The position numbers were made by a program, and so were the translations under genes. Below, in pieces: positions 8,218 to 17,995 of a DNA stretch of 25,715 nucleotides. The notes beneath the pieces were generated by a model. It worked only from the letters and a program-made list of their open reading frames with translations, was not told the DNA's origin and ran no database searches. The stretch comes from a virus (lineage: Duplodnaviria > Caudoviricetes). Each line of letters starts with the position of its first letter. Position 1 is the stretch's first letter. Location: positions 1-25,715 of the IMG/VR virus record IMGVR_UViG_3300030395_000938. One strand, written 5' to 3'.

Positions 8218-10449
8218 ATGGCGGGCAACACGATAAAATTCCTGATCGAGATGCGCGACAAAGCATCTGGCCCGTTGAAGAAAGTTGGTGACGCGGCCGA
8301 GGATGCAGGTGAAAACGCAAAAGGCGCGAGTCTTAAGTATACCGAATTAGCGTCTAAGCTGACATTGCTCGGCATAGCCGCACAAGGTGCGAGTCGTTTG
8401 GTGCAGTCAGTTGCAAAACCGTTGTTGGCAATAGCCAAGGGCGGAGTCGAAGCCGGCGCAGAAATGGAAGGTTTCGAAACGCGCTTGAAAGTGCTCATGG
8501 GTTCATCTGTTCAAGCTAAAAAGCGGCTTGACGAGTTGTTCAAAATTGGCTCAACTACACCGTTCGAACTTCCGGGTCTTATGGAGGCAGAGGTCAACCT
8601 TCGTGCGCTTGGTGTAAACGCGGAAGAAACCCTTCCACTGGTCATGGACTTTGCGGGGGCCATGGGCGTGGATCTTGCCTCGGCTGCGGTCGAGGTTGGA
8701 CGCGCTATGCAGTTTGGCGCGGGTGCAGTCGAGACCATATCAGGGCGGGCGTTACGGGCGCAGGTAGAACTGAGGACCGGAACTAACGCGCTGAAAATGT
8801 CGACAGAAGAATTTCGTGATGCAATGGTCGCAACGTTGACCGATGAGGACGGAATCTTCGCGGGCGGTACACAAAAGCTGGCGGCAACGTTTGACGGTAT
8901 GCTGTCCAACTTGAAGGATGCGTTTTTCAAGTTCAAGAAAGAAGTCGGAGACGCGGGTCTGTTTGTGACGGCTAAAGCAACGCTTGAAACAGTGCTTGAA
9001 TTGCTGAAGAAAAACGACACCGAAACGCAAAACTTCGCGCGCACTATTTCTACCGTTTTGGTAGATTCGTTGTTCTCGGTGATCGATGCGGTGGCTTCCA
9101 TTTTAAAGATGTTCGCTCAATTTTCGATCGCAATTAAAACCGTACAATTGGCAGTCGGCAAAATTAGAGAAGCCTTCTTTCAGGTGGGGTTGTCTATAAT
9201 TCAAGCAGTCGAGAAAGCGTCAGTCTTGGCAAGCATGGACCCACTGGCAGACGAAAACGAGCAATTGATGCGTGATCGAAAGGTTCGACACCTTCGAAAA
9301 CAAATTCTGCAAATGGAAATGGATTTCTCAGCATTTCAATTAGAAAACGCTCAATTGCACCAGGAGATTTTTAGGCTTCATCAAACAACTGCAACGCTCG
9401 ATGAGGGCTCCGAAAAGATAATCGCAGAAATTAAAGAACGATCAAAGCGAATGCAGGAAGCTAACGAGGCAGCACGCAAAGCCGCCGAAGGCACAACAGG
9501 AACGGGGACAGGAACGGCGAGAGGGACGACGGCCACGACTACGACCACGACCACGGCTAAAAAGAAAAAAGCCAAGGAAGACACCGGACCAACGGCGGAA
9601 GAACTCGAAGAGTCGATGCGCGCGGCGTTGCTCGGCACGGAGGCAGCGCTGAAAGAGTCGCTTGTCTCATTGCGGGATCTGCAGTACAAGCTGAGCCCTG
9701 CAGGACTTGCCGAGGGCTTGGTCAACAAGCTGACCGATTCGTTCGGCGCCCTGACGACGATGATGGGTCCGGCCGGTGGTTTGGTGCAGAGTCTGTCCAT
9801 CATGGGCAGAGAGGGCTCTGTCAAAATCACCAAAGCATTGAGGGATTCTATCAAGGGGCTGATTGTTGGCTTGGTTGAGGTTCTCCCTAAACTGATCGTC
9901 AGCATACCGCGCGCCATCATAAACGCGGTCCCCGATCTTATTGAGGGGATTTTCTTGGCGATCCCGGCACTGGCGGAGGCGATTATAATTGGCCTGCCTG
10001 ACGCAGTCGCGCGCGGATTGCGGCGGTGGTTTAGAATGGCGATCAAAACGATCGAAGCGATATTTTTTCCAAACAAGCAGAAGCGGGAAGAACGAAAAGA
10101 GCGCCGCCGTGAGGCTGCGGACGAATTGATGGCGGGGGAGATTGGATTCAAAGAAGCGTTCCAGCGGTTCTTCCCAAAGACCAAAAAACACACGGGCGTC
10201 TCTCACATAGATAGGACCGGTGCCTTCTTACTCCAGGCTGGTGAAGCGGTCATCCCTAACAGCGGCACCACCACGCAAGGCATGGAGCGCCGGATGGGTG
10301 GTCGTGGCGGTATGAATGTCACCATCAACACCAACGTCGTCGATAAAAACGCAATACGCGGTCTCGGCAAGTTGCTCGAACAGGAGTTCTCAAGCTTCGG
10401 CCGATCTACATCGCCAGTATTCAACAGTCCAACGGGTACCACGGGGTAG
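8218..10449 (+). CDS. Tape measure protein
   Basis: 743 aa, helical Ala/Leu-rich; DKASGPL start, TTPFELP and TFDGMLSNLKD motifs, C-terminal HTG...GEAVIP and VTINTN. Confidence 0.92.
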   Translation: MAGNTIKFLIEMRDKASGPLKKVGDAAEDAGENAKGASLKYTELASKLTLLGIAAQGASRLVQSVAKPLLAIAKGGVEAGAEMEGFETRLKVLMGSSVQAKKRLDELFKIGSTTPFELPGLMEAEVNLRALGVNAEETLPLVMDFAGAMGVDLASAAVEVGRAMQFGAGAVETISGRALRAQVELRTGTNALKMSTEEFRDAMVATLTDEDGIFAGGTQKLAATFDGMLSNLKDAFFKFKKEVGDAGLFVTAKATLETVLELLKKNDTETQNFARTISTVLVDSLFSVIDAVASILKMFAQFSIAIKTVQLAVGKIREAFFQVGLSIIQAVEKASVLASMDPLADENEQLMRDRKVRHLRKQILQMEMDFSAFQLENAQLHQEIFRLHQTTATLDEGSEKIIAEIKERSKRMQEANEAARKAAEGTTGTGTGTARGTTATTTTTTTAKKKKAKEDTGPTAEELEESMRAALLGTEAALKESLVSLRDLQYKLSPAGLAEGLVNKLTDSFGALTTMMGPAGGLVQSLSIMGREGSVKITKALRDSIKGLIVGLVEVLPKLIVSIPRAIINAVPDLIEGIFLAIPALAEAIIIGLPDAVARGLRRWFRMAIKTIEAIFFPNKQKREERKERRREAADELMAGEIGFKEAFQRFFPKTKKHTGVSHIDRTGAFLLQAGEAVIPNSGTTTQGMERRMGGRGGMNVTINTNVVDKNAIRGLGKLLEQEFSSFGRSTSPVFNSPTGTTG

Positions 10450-10451
10450 AG

Positions 10452-11327
10452 ATGGCAAACTCGAAAATCTATTTCACACCATCGCGCACCGGGTATGGCG
10501 GGCTTCGTGTCATTGACTTCGGAGAGCGCGTCAGTGATTTACAGATCACACCGTATCGAAACGCGTCCGACAGTGTGAGCATGGGCGGGTCGTTCTCACG
10601 TATTGCGAGGCGGTCAGGAATGCGGGTTCGTATCGTTCTCGAACGCTTCACGGATGACAGGCTGGCGGAACAGTTCTACAGCCTGCAAAGCCATCTTGAG
10701 GCCGGCGGTGGCTTCTCGTTTGCGGTAGACAATGATAAGAAGTTCGCGGCGTTTATTAACAGCGCAGCCGCTGCCACGGTTGCCGGGGGGCATCGAATCT
10801 TTACGCACGATCCGCTGATACTCGCCGAATACGGAGCGCACGGGCTGGCAGCAAACGACGTGATCCACATGGAGTCATTTGGCCCGCGCGGACGGCGGGA
10901 AGAGATGCAGGTCGACAGCTACAGTTCAAGCGACAAGAAGATAACGACGAGCAGTGATGCAATCTATGAGCACTCTCTCCCGTCAATGGTAAGACACCGA
11001 GACTTCTTCCCGTTCTTGCTATGGCCGCAGGATCAAATGGGATCGCCCATTTTGACGCACGACCACCGCATCAGCTACACGCTGGACATGACGTGTGAGG
11101 TATACCCTGGCAACATTCAAGCAGCGTATGCACAATCCGGAACCGAAGGCTCGAACATACCGACAACGACGGGCCGGACCCAAGACGGCGTAACGCTTGA
11201 TGAGTTGCACATTGGCCCATTGTACGGGGATTCTGTAGACATAAGCGGCGGTAGCAAGTTCGATTTATCGTTGGATGAAATGTCACCGCTTGAGCGCGCC
11301 GTGAACGCCATGGAGAAGTTCGAGTAG
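10452..11327 (+). CDS. Putative distal tail protein
   Basis: 291-aa ORF directly after the tape measure gene; function from position only. Confidence 0.55.
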   Translation: MANSKIYFTPSRTGYGGLRVIDFGERVSDLQITPYRNASDSVSMGGSFSRIARRSGMRVRIVLERFTDDRLAEQFYSLQSHLEAGGGFSFAVDNDKKFAAFINSAAAATVAGGHRIFTHDPLILAEYGAHGLAANDVIHMESFGPRGRREEMQVDSYSSSDKKITTSSDAIYEHSLPSMVRHRDFFPFLLWPQDQMGSPILTHDHRISYTLDMTCEVYPGNIQAAYAQSGTEGSNIPTTTGRTQDGVTLDELHIGPLYGDSVDISGGSKFDLSLDEMSPLERAVNAMEKFE

Positions 11328-11328
11328 A

Positions 11329-12924
11329 ATGGCCTGGCACACGCGATTCAAGGAGCGCTTAGCGCTTGGTGGCGAACCGATGTTCGCGATCGATTTTCAG
11401 GCGCCGGATCTGCTTGAGTCTGACTATCTTCGGGAACGTCGATACGTTCTGCACTCCCACGAAGGGCCCGCCGGCACCGAGCACATCAGCCACGCAATCC
11501 AAAGCGTCAGCGGGTCCGGTCAACGGGTGAGCCTTAGAACGTGGCGCAGTTCGATAGGTGGGTTGCGGGTCAGTCTATCAGGGGCCAACGTTGCTCAGTT
11601 CATAGCCAAGACAATACCACGCGGGATGATGGCAGAATTAAAGGTTGGCTTCGCTGGCTTTACTTATGACGAGTTCGAGACTTGCGGGCTGTACATCTTC
11701 AAGGGCCTTTCGGGTTCAGAGAACAATTGGTCGATGGACTTTCACGATCTGTTTTCAGCGTTTCAAGGCGCGGACAGCGTGGCGCTTTCGGCGAAGTTCT
11801 ACAAGGAAGCCGGCACGGCCACAACGTTACAAACGGATTGGTCAACCACGGACGCGGAAATGGATCTGGACGTATCGCCGTCCGAGGCTGCGTTGTTCGT
11901 AAAAGATAGCAGCTCCGGCGCGCGCGGTTTGGTGTACGCGCAACCGACCACGGGAGATCCGTTTTATGTCAAATTTACGGGCCTTGATACTGCTAACCGC
12001 TTGGAAGTAGTCAACGCGAACGTAATCGGCACGACACGCGTCGACATGACCGCCGGCGATAGCATTACATTGATGGGCTACGTATCCGACACGGTGCCGG
12101 ACGTCGCACACATGATTCTTTTCGGTGGACTGGCGGGCGCGTCTACGATGCCGACCAACTGGCACATGAATTTGAAATACGCAACGCACAACGTAAATCG
12201 CGCGGACTTCAACCGGTGGCGATCAAAGTGGATTTCGACCTACACAGATTTTGAAGCCGACTTCATAACCGACGCACCACTTGAGAACCCGTTCCGAGGC
12301 CTGGAGTCGTTTCTGGCGGCGTTTGGCGCGTGGTTGGTGGTCAAGGAGGGCGGGCTATCTTGGCGCTTTGTGGAGCAAATTGTGGGCGGTTCATCGTTTA
12401 GCGCCAAAGAGTGCGCTGAATACGTCATCACCGATCAGGACATAGCCCAAGAGGATACGTACCAATTATTTCATCCTGACGCGCCGGTTGAGTACCAGCA
12501 GGTACATTTTAACGGGCCGACGGGAGGCGTGGCAATTACCGAGCCAGTCCGAACGCGGCCGGGCTTGTTTCGCTTAGACCATGCGTCCAAAAGTTCCGTT
12601 TTCGACGAAGGCTCATCGACAACGAACCGAGCAAACGCTGTACTCAATATGAAACATAGAATCGTGCCGTGGTATCACCGCATACCGGATCAGATGTCAC
12701 TCACCCTAAAGGGCTGGCGCTTTGCGGAGTTGGTGCCGGGTGACGTTGTCAGGCTCGAAAGTGATTACATCTATGACATGGTCAACGGGCCCGATCTTGT
12801 CGTTGGCGGTTCGGAATCCAATCGTACCCACTCAGGCACCCAATACCTCGTGACCGGCGTTGATGTAGACTGGAATAGCTTTACCACATCGGTCCAACTT
12901 TCTACCCCACCAAACGTGGCATAA
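11329..12924 (+). CDS. Putative tail tip/hub protein
   Basis: 531 aa; C-terminal ELVPGDVVRL ... YLVTGVDVDW pattern typical of hub proteins; gene order. Confidence 0.6.
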   Translation: MAWHTRFKERLALGGEPMFAIDFQAPDLLESDYLRERRYVLHSHEGPAGTEHISHAIQSVSGSGQRVSLRTWRSSIGGLRVSLSGANVAQFIAKTIPRGMMAELKVGFAGFTYDEFETCGLYIFKGLSGSENNWSMDFHDLFSAFQGADSVALSAKFYKEAGTATTLQTDWSTTDAEMDLDVSPSEAALFVKDSSSGARGLVYAQPTTGDPFYVKFTGLDTANRLEVVNANVIGTTRVDMTAGDSITLMGYVSDTVPDVAHMILFGGLAGASTMPTNWHMNLKYATHNVNRADFNRWRSKWISTYTDFEADFITDAPLENPFRGLESFLAAFGAWLVVKEGGLSWRFVEQIVGGSSFSAKECAEYVITDQDIAQEDTYQLFHPDAPVEYQQVHFNGPTGGVAITEPVRTRPGLFRLDHASKSSVFDEGSSTTNRANAVLNMKHRIVPWYHRIPDQMSLTLKGWRFAELVPGDVVRLESDYIYDMVNGPDLVVGGSESNRTHSGTQYLVTGVDVDWNSFTTSVQLSTPPNVA

Positions 12925-12948
12925 TATACACACCACCAGGAGATCATC

Positions 12949-13263
12949 ATGGCCAGTACACTCGCAGGATCAGCCTTCCCCGAGGCCGTCCGAATCACGC
13001 TCGGAGGGTCTAACGTTCAGACTCAATTAAACGTACCCGCGCAAGCGTCTAAGCTTTCATTGCGATTTATGTCCGCATCTGGGAATGTGGCATTTACGGG
13101 TAGCGACGGCGGATCGCTTGGCGCCGCCTACATCACGCTGGACGCGGACTCGTGGGCTGAGATCAGCCTTGCCGATGGTATCAACACGTCGAAGGGTGTT
13201 GGGGCGGTGTATCTCTCAAGCGCTACAGCCTCGACAGTTGTCGAAGCCATGATTGAGGGCTGA
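12949..13263 (+). CDS. Small beta-rich virion protein (hypothetical)
   Basis: AGGAG RBS; 104 aa Ser/Gly/Ala-rich; within the tail cluster. Confidence 0.65.
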   Translation: MASTLAGSAFPEAVRITLGGSNVQTQLNVPAQASKLSLRFMSASGNVAFTGSDGGSLGAAYITLDADSWAEISLADGINTSKGVGAVYLSSATASTVVEAMIEG

Positions 13264-13267
13264 ACCC

Positions 13268-15286
13268 ATGAAAGTATCAAAAAGTTCATCAGGCATTCTA
13301 TCTTCAGGCGGGAACGTCATCGCCTCGGATTTGACGGTCGACGGAACCACGGTAACCGTTGACGAAACAAACAATCGTCTCGGGGTCAACACTGATTCAC
13401 CACAGGGCACGCTCGGTGTGGATGGCGATCTGTACTTGCAGCCCACGGCAATCTCTACGTCTCACATCGTGGGTACTGGCTCTATCGATATGCGGGCTGA
13501 TGCCAACATCAAAATCGGAACAGAGACGGCCGATTCCGTCAAGATCGGTAGAACGAACACGACAGCGGCGAAGGTTCACATATCAAGCGGGACAGAATCC
13601 GACCTTGTCGTGTCTAACTCGATGGTCGGTATCGGTACGGACGCACCAACCCAGGCGCTCGAACTGGACGGCAACATCCAACTGACGCCGACTGCTATCA
13701 GCACCGCGCACATTTTTACAACGGGCTCCCTGGATGTCAGGGCAAGCGCGAACATCAAGATCGGAACCGATGGCGCGGACAGCGTGAAGATCGGACGCGT
13801 CAACACTGGCGCCGTTAAATGCCATATCCGAAGCGGTGGCGCGAATGACTTGGTCGTGTCTAACTCGATGGTGGGTATTAATACGGATAGCCCCGACCAT
13901 ACGCTCAGTGTCGCCGGGGACATCGATCTGACGGGCGGTCTCAGCTTCGACGGCGGGACGGCGGTAACGTCCATCGATACGGATCTCTCATCGGTCAGTG
14001 GCTCCCATGATACGCTTGTGACGGCGAAAGCGGCGAAAGCATACGCGGACAGCGTAGCCGGTGGCGGTACCTCTGATCTCACAGACGTATCGGGTACCCT
14101 TGCAGTGGCGAACGGCGGAACCGGTGCGACGACCTTAACGGATGGCGGGGTTCTACTCGGTAGCGGTACCAGCGCGGTAACCGCGACAGCGGTACTCGGA
14201 AACGGTGAACTGTTGATCGGGGATAACTCAGGCGATCCAACGGTCGCCACGTTGACAGCCGGTGAAGGAATCGACGTAACGAACGGCGCCGGAAGCATCA
14301 CCATCGCGGCGGAAGAAAGCAGCGCATCAAACAAGGGCGTTGTCATCGTGGCAGGCGGGACAGACTGCACTGTCACGTACTCAAGCGGCACGGCTACCGT
14401 GGCCGTGGACGATCTGGCGGCGTCGAAGATTACCTCCGGAACCCTGGCGGACGCGCGGATCTCGCAATCGTCGGTGACCCAACATCAAGCCAGTATCACC
14501 GGCAGCGGTGCGCTCAACAGTGGAAGCATCACAAGCGGGTTTGGCAATATCGACATCGGGTCGTCTACGTTCGACACGACCGGAGCCGTGGGTACGGGTA
14601 ACCTCACAGCGGCCGGGGACATTGTCGCTACAGGCGGCGATCTAACGCTTGGAACAGCCGCAGACGCAAACAACGCCACCATCACGGCGGCGGCGGAAAG
14701 CGGCACGAATACAAGCGGCAAGACGCTAACGATCGGCGGTGGTCTTGGAACGGGTACGGGTGTTCCTGGCTCGGTGTCGATTACGTCAGCAAGTCCGACC
14801 GGAAGCGGGACGGGCGCGCACACGGCGGTTACAGTTGCACAGTTCGCATCCGAGGGTCCGACCCTAAACTATGGCGGAGTAGCGAACCTGATCGACAATG
14901 AAGCCGTGGGGGAGAAAGTGTTCTTCGGCACGGGTCAGACCGTCAAGGGCAAGCTGTACTACCTAAACACATCGGGCGCGTGGGTTTTGGCGGATGCGGA
15001 CGCGGAAGCATCCACAGCGGCGCTGATTGCGGTTGCATGCGGTGGTGATGGTAGCGGCTCTGCTAACGACGCAGCCACCCACGGAATGTTGATACGCGGT
15101 TTTGTAGACAACGCCAGTTATCTGACCGGTACGTACAACGAAGGGGTTCCGGTCTACGTTGACGGCACGGCGGGCAACATGACAATTACTCGTCCTACCT
15201 CCGGCTTCGTGAGGGTAATTGGTTGGTGCTGTGCCACTGCAAACGTGATCTACTTCAACCCTGACAATACGTACCTGGAGTTGTAG
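13268..15286 (+). CDS. Tail fibre protein
   Basis: Gly/Thr/Ser-rich; repeated VGIGT-x-x-P motifs, GTLAVANGGTGA and ITSGTLADARI fibre motifs; ATG at 13268 follows GAGG. Confidence 0.8.
   Translation: MKVSKSSSGILSSGGNVIASDLTVDGTTVTVDETNNRLGVNTDSPQGTLGVDGDLYLQPTAISTSHIVGTGSIDMRADANIKIGTETADSVKIGRTNTTAAKVHISSGTESDLVVSNSMVGIGTDAPTQALELDGNIQLTPTAISTAHIFTTGSLDVRASANIKIGTDGADSVKIGRVNTGAVKCHIRSGGANDLVVSNSMVGINTDSPDHTLSVAGDIDLTGGLSFDGGTAVTSIDTDLSSVSGSHDTLVTAKAAKAYADSVAGGGTSDLTDVSGTLAVANGGTGATTLTDGGVLLGSGTSAVTATAVLGNGELLIGDNSGDPTVATLTAGEGIDVTNGAGSITIAAEESSASNKGVVIVAGGTDCTVTYSSGTATVAVDDLAASKITSGTLADARISQSSVTQHQASITGSGALNSGSITSGFGNIDIGSSTFDTTGAVGTGNLTAAGDIVATGGDLTLGTAADANNATITAAAESGTNTSGKTLTIGGGLGTGTGVPGSVSITSASPTGSGTGAHTAVTVAQFASEGPTLNYGGVANLIDNEAVGEKVFFGTGQTVKGKLYYLNTSGAWVLADADAEASTAALIAVACGGDGSGSANDAATHGMLIRGFVDNASYLTGTYNEGVPVYVDGTAGNMTITRPTSGFVRVIGWCCATANVIYFNPDNTYLEL
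13379..13930 (+). repeat. Internal tandem repeat of 246 nt (82 aa), about 2.2 units, in the tail fibre
   Basis: Units start at 13379, 13625 and 13871; GTCGTGTCTAACTCGATGGT occurs at 13607 and 13853; PTAIST-x-HI, ANIKIGT, ADSVKIGR and DLVVSNSMVGI are repeated. Confidence 0.9.
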
Positions 15287-15288
15287 AG

Positions 15289-16488
15289 ATGGCGGATTAT
15301 GCAAAGCTGAACGACGTAGCGGCGGCGGATATTGTCAAGATTAACGGGGTCGCATACGCCAGTGTCGCGAAGTGTAGCGGGCTTAGTTCGCCGGCTTCCG
15401 GCGCTTCGAGATGGGTATGCGTGACTGCCGGCGGTTACGTCGTGCACGCGGCAAACTCGGATCGAACGTCTTGGAGCAGTTACGACGGCACGAGCGCGTC
15501 CCCTAAATCGCTTGCGTTGGCTTTCGGCAAAAACAGCGCGGGAGCGGGGCTGTACGTAGCAGGAACGGATGCGGCCGCAAGCGAATTGCTTGTGAGCGGG
15601 ACCGATGTAACCGCCGGAACGTGGACCGATATTTCTACGCCTACAGGAGACCAATACGCGGTTTCATGGGGCGTGAAATCGGACGGAGCCACGGCCGGCG
15701 TCTGGATGAGCGCGGGCGACAATGGTTCTTTGATGCGTAGCACGGACGGCGCGTCGACTTGGTCAGCGGTCAACATGGCGAGCACGAACCTTGGCACCAA
15801 GGACATATGGGGTATTGCCAACAACGGCGCGGGCAAGTGGGTGTTTGGCGCTGGCTCTGCTTACCTTTTTGTGAGCACGGACGACGGCGCCACGTGGTCC
15901 GACTCGCAACCGTGGAGCGCCAACACACCGGGCAAAATTAAAGGAATTATTTACACAAAGAACGCAGGCGGCGGCGGTAGCTGGGTCATCGCGTACCGTA
16001 GAGCAAGCGCGGTACACTTTCGCAGTTGTTCCGATTCCGATCTGACAGACTGGTCTGATGAGTTCAGCGTCAACTCAACCAATTTTCCGGCTCGCGCCAG
16101 CAACGGAACAGGGGCGTCTGTCAGCTTTGCAGACCCAAGCGGGCAAGAGGAATTCGTACGAATGGCGGCATTCAATGGCAAAGTTTGCGCGGTGTCTACG
16201 GCCGATGAGGTGATCCTGACGTTCGACGTGGACGGGAAAACCATGAGCAATGGAAAATTCAGAGACGGCAACAAGTCCGACGAGACAGGGCTGGATCTGG
16301 ATACTGGCGATCACTGCGCAAGCGTGGCGACCGATGGGACGACGTGGATGGTCTCCTGTCGTGGCGGTGACGTGTTCGAAAGCACGGACAATGCCGACAC
16401 GTGGACGCGCGTCCTTAATGATATCAGCCTCGGCGGTTCACAACGTCACCTGAACGCGATCGCGTGCGACGTGGTTCTCCCGCTATAA
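15289..16488 (+). CDS. Asp-box (BNR) beta-propeller protein, candidate receptor-binding protein
   Basis: Asp-boxes RSTDGASTW, VSTDDGATW and ESTDNADTW; follows the fibre gene. Confidence 0.75.
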   Translation: MADYAKLNDVAAADIVKINGVAYASVAKCSGLSSPASGASRWVCVTAGGYVVHAANSDRTSWSSYDGTSASPKSLALAFGKNSAGAGLYVAGTDAAASELLVSGTDVTAGTWTDISTPTGDQYAVSWGVKSDGATAGVWMSAGDNGSLMRSTDGASTWSAVNMASTNLGTKDIWGIANNGAGKWVFGAGSAYLFVSTDDGATWSDSQPWSANTPGKIKGIIYTKNAGGGGSWVIAYRRASAVHFRSCSDSDLTDWSDEFSVNSTNFPARASNGTGASVSFADPSGQEEFVRMAAFNGKVCAVSTADEVILTFDVDGKTMSNGKFRDGNKSDETGLDLDTGDHCASVATDGTTWMVSCRGGDVFESTDNADTWTRVLNDISLGGSQRHLNAIACDVVLPL

Positions 16489-17105
16489 TGATCTCCGCCG
16501 TCGTATATCTGGACCGCCAACACAGCGGGAAGCCTGGAAGACCCAACGACCGAGGCGCGGCCGTGGATCTCGATGGTGATGGCAAGATCCAACGAGACGA
16601 ACAGGAGGCCGCACTGACAGCGCGGTATCTGCTCGCGTGTGAGTTGGCGCTATTGGAGATGGGTCACACGGTGATCCCCATATCGGATGGCACGTACAAC
16701 GAACGACACCGAAGGGTGAACCGATACGCGGGCACGTTCAAGGCGGGCCGTCCTCAGTTGTACCTTGCTGCGCATTTGAATGCGGGTGGCGGTGACTACG
16801 GCATGATTGGTACGGATTACCGGAGCCGTTCCGGGTCGGAACTTGCGAGCCGTATCGCGCGACAACTTCGGCAAGTGGCGCCGGAACTGAACGGGGTGAA
16901 GTGCGTGGAAGCGCGGCCGGACAACTGGACGCGGAACATGTTCGCCACCATTAGCGGCGTGACTCAACCGATCGGAGTTTGCCTGGAGCCATGCTTCATG
17001 GACCAGCCGAGCCACGCGGACCTATTGACAGCGGCCGGGCTGTCTACAATTGGACGAGCGATTGCGGCCGGCATTGACGCATTCGTGAACACTTGCGAGG
17101 TTTGA
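16488..17105 (+). CDS. Endolysin, N-acetylmuramoyl-L-alanine amidase (Amidase_3)
   Basis: VYLDRQH (Zn His), EQEAALT (Zn Glu), AAHLNAG (Zn His) and LEPCFMD (catalytic Glu); TAATG overlap with the upstream stop. Confidence 0.85.
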   Translation: MISAVVYLDRQHSGKPGRPNDRGAAVDLDGDGKIQRDEQEAALTARYLLACELALLEMGHTVIPISDGTYNERHRRVNRYAGTFKAGRPQLYLAAHLNAGGGDYGMIGTDYRSRSGSELASRIARQLRQVAPELNGVKCVEARPDNWTRNMFATISGVTQPIGVCLEPCFMDQPSHADLLTAAGLSTIGRAIAAGIDAFVNTCEV

Positions 17106-17106
17106 A

Positions 17107-17304
17107 ATGCTCAAGAAAACATTCAACGGATTATTCAACGCACACGAGCGTATCAGCTACCGGCGCCTGATGGCGTTCGCAGCGGGTACGGGTCTACTCT
17201 TGGCCGACAAGTTGACAGGCGATCAGTGGATTTATGTCTGCGTAGCCTTCATTGCTGGAGAAGCGGCGCCTAAAATGATGGAAGCCGTCCGGGGCGGGAA
17301 GTGA
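17107..17304 (+). CDS. Putative holin
   Basis: 65 aa with two short hydrophobic segments, directly after the endolysin. Confidence 0.55.
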   Translation: MLKKTFNGLFNAHERISYRRLMAFAAGTGLLLADKLTGDQWIYVCVAFIAGEAAPKMMEAVRGGK

Positions 17305-17561
17305 TCGATTCGGTTGCTTGGGTCGGTGCGCTTGTCGTCGCGCTATTGCTTACAATTTCACGTTTCGCGCGTGGCATTCACAAAAAGGCCCCAGAATCGC
17401 CCCAGGCGCCGCCGGAAGGTGTGGGGGCTACTCATGCCCGTGAAGCGATTGAAACGGCGCTGGAGCAAGAAACAGAGGCCATAGACAAGGCTCGGAAGGG
17501 TGACGACCCGGCCGGAGATCTGGCGGCGCTTGCGAACATGGCAAACGAGGCGAGACAGTGA
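17301..17561 (+). CDS. N-terminally anchored membrane protein, i-spanin-like
   Basis: N-terminal TM segment followed by a Pro-rich linker and helical region; GTGA overlap; in the lysis cassette. Confidence 0.5.
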   Translation: MIDSVAWVGALVVALLLTISRFARGIHKKAPESPQAPPEGVGATHAREAIETALEQETEAIDKARKGDDPAGDLAALANMANEARQ

Positions 17562-17995
17562 TCGGTTTTCTTTTGATTATTTCGCTTGGATGGTCCGGCG
17601 ATTCGCTGGAGTTCCCTTCCCGGGGTGAACCTGCACCCGGCGACTGTGATCGGGCCGTCCCCGTTCGCATCGGTGATCCTATTCCTTCCGGGGTTGCCGG
17701 TGCGGACGGTTTGGCGACTTGTACCGGCGTAATACTTCCGCCGTCCCAGCTTGCCTACTTGCTCAAGCTTGAGGCATACGTGAAAGCGTCCGAGAGGATG
17801 CACATGCTTGACGTGGATCTATTGAAACAAGAACGTGACTACTTTCGCGAGCAGTTGACCATAGCGACACGGCCCCCAATATGGTACGAGAAGCCATCGG
17901 TCCAACGGTGGGCTGGTCGTGTGGAGACGTTGATCGCTGTCGGGCTTGCTGCATCGGCCCTCAGTTTGGGCTATGATGCGGGTAGAGGTGAGTGA
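17558..17995 (+). CDS. Exported protein with C-terminal TM helix; candidate lysis (spanin-like) component
   Basis: Signal-like N-terminus, Cys pair, coiled coil and hydrophobic C-terminus; GTGA overlap. Confidence 0.5.
   Translation: MIGFLLIISLGWSGDSLEFPSRGEPAPGDCDRAVPVRIGDPIPSGVAGADGLATCTGVILPPSQLAYLLKLEAYVKASERMHMLDVDLLKQERDYFREQLTIATRPPIWYEKPSVQRWAGRVETLIAVGLAASALSLGYDAGRGE

Noticed and set aside
9381-10193. Long antisense ORFs (also 7559-8320, 8511-9101, 13576-14391)
   Set aside because: Shadow frames of well-supported genes in GC-rich DNA, with no recognisable motifs.
13268-16488. Diversity-generating retroelement or invertible fibre cassette
   Set aside because: No reverse transcriptase or invertase, and the fibre repeat differences are not adenine-specific.
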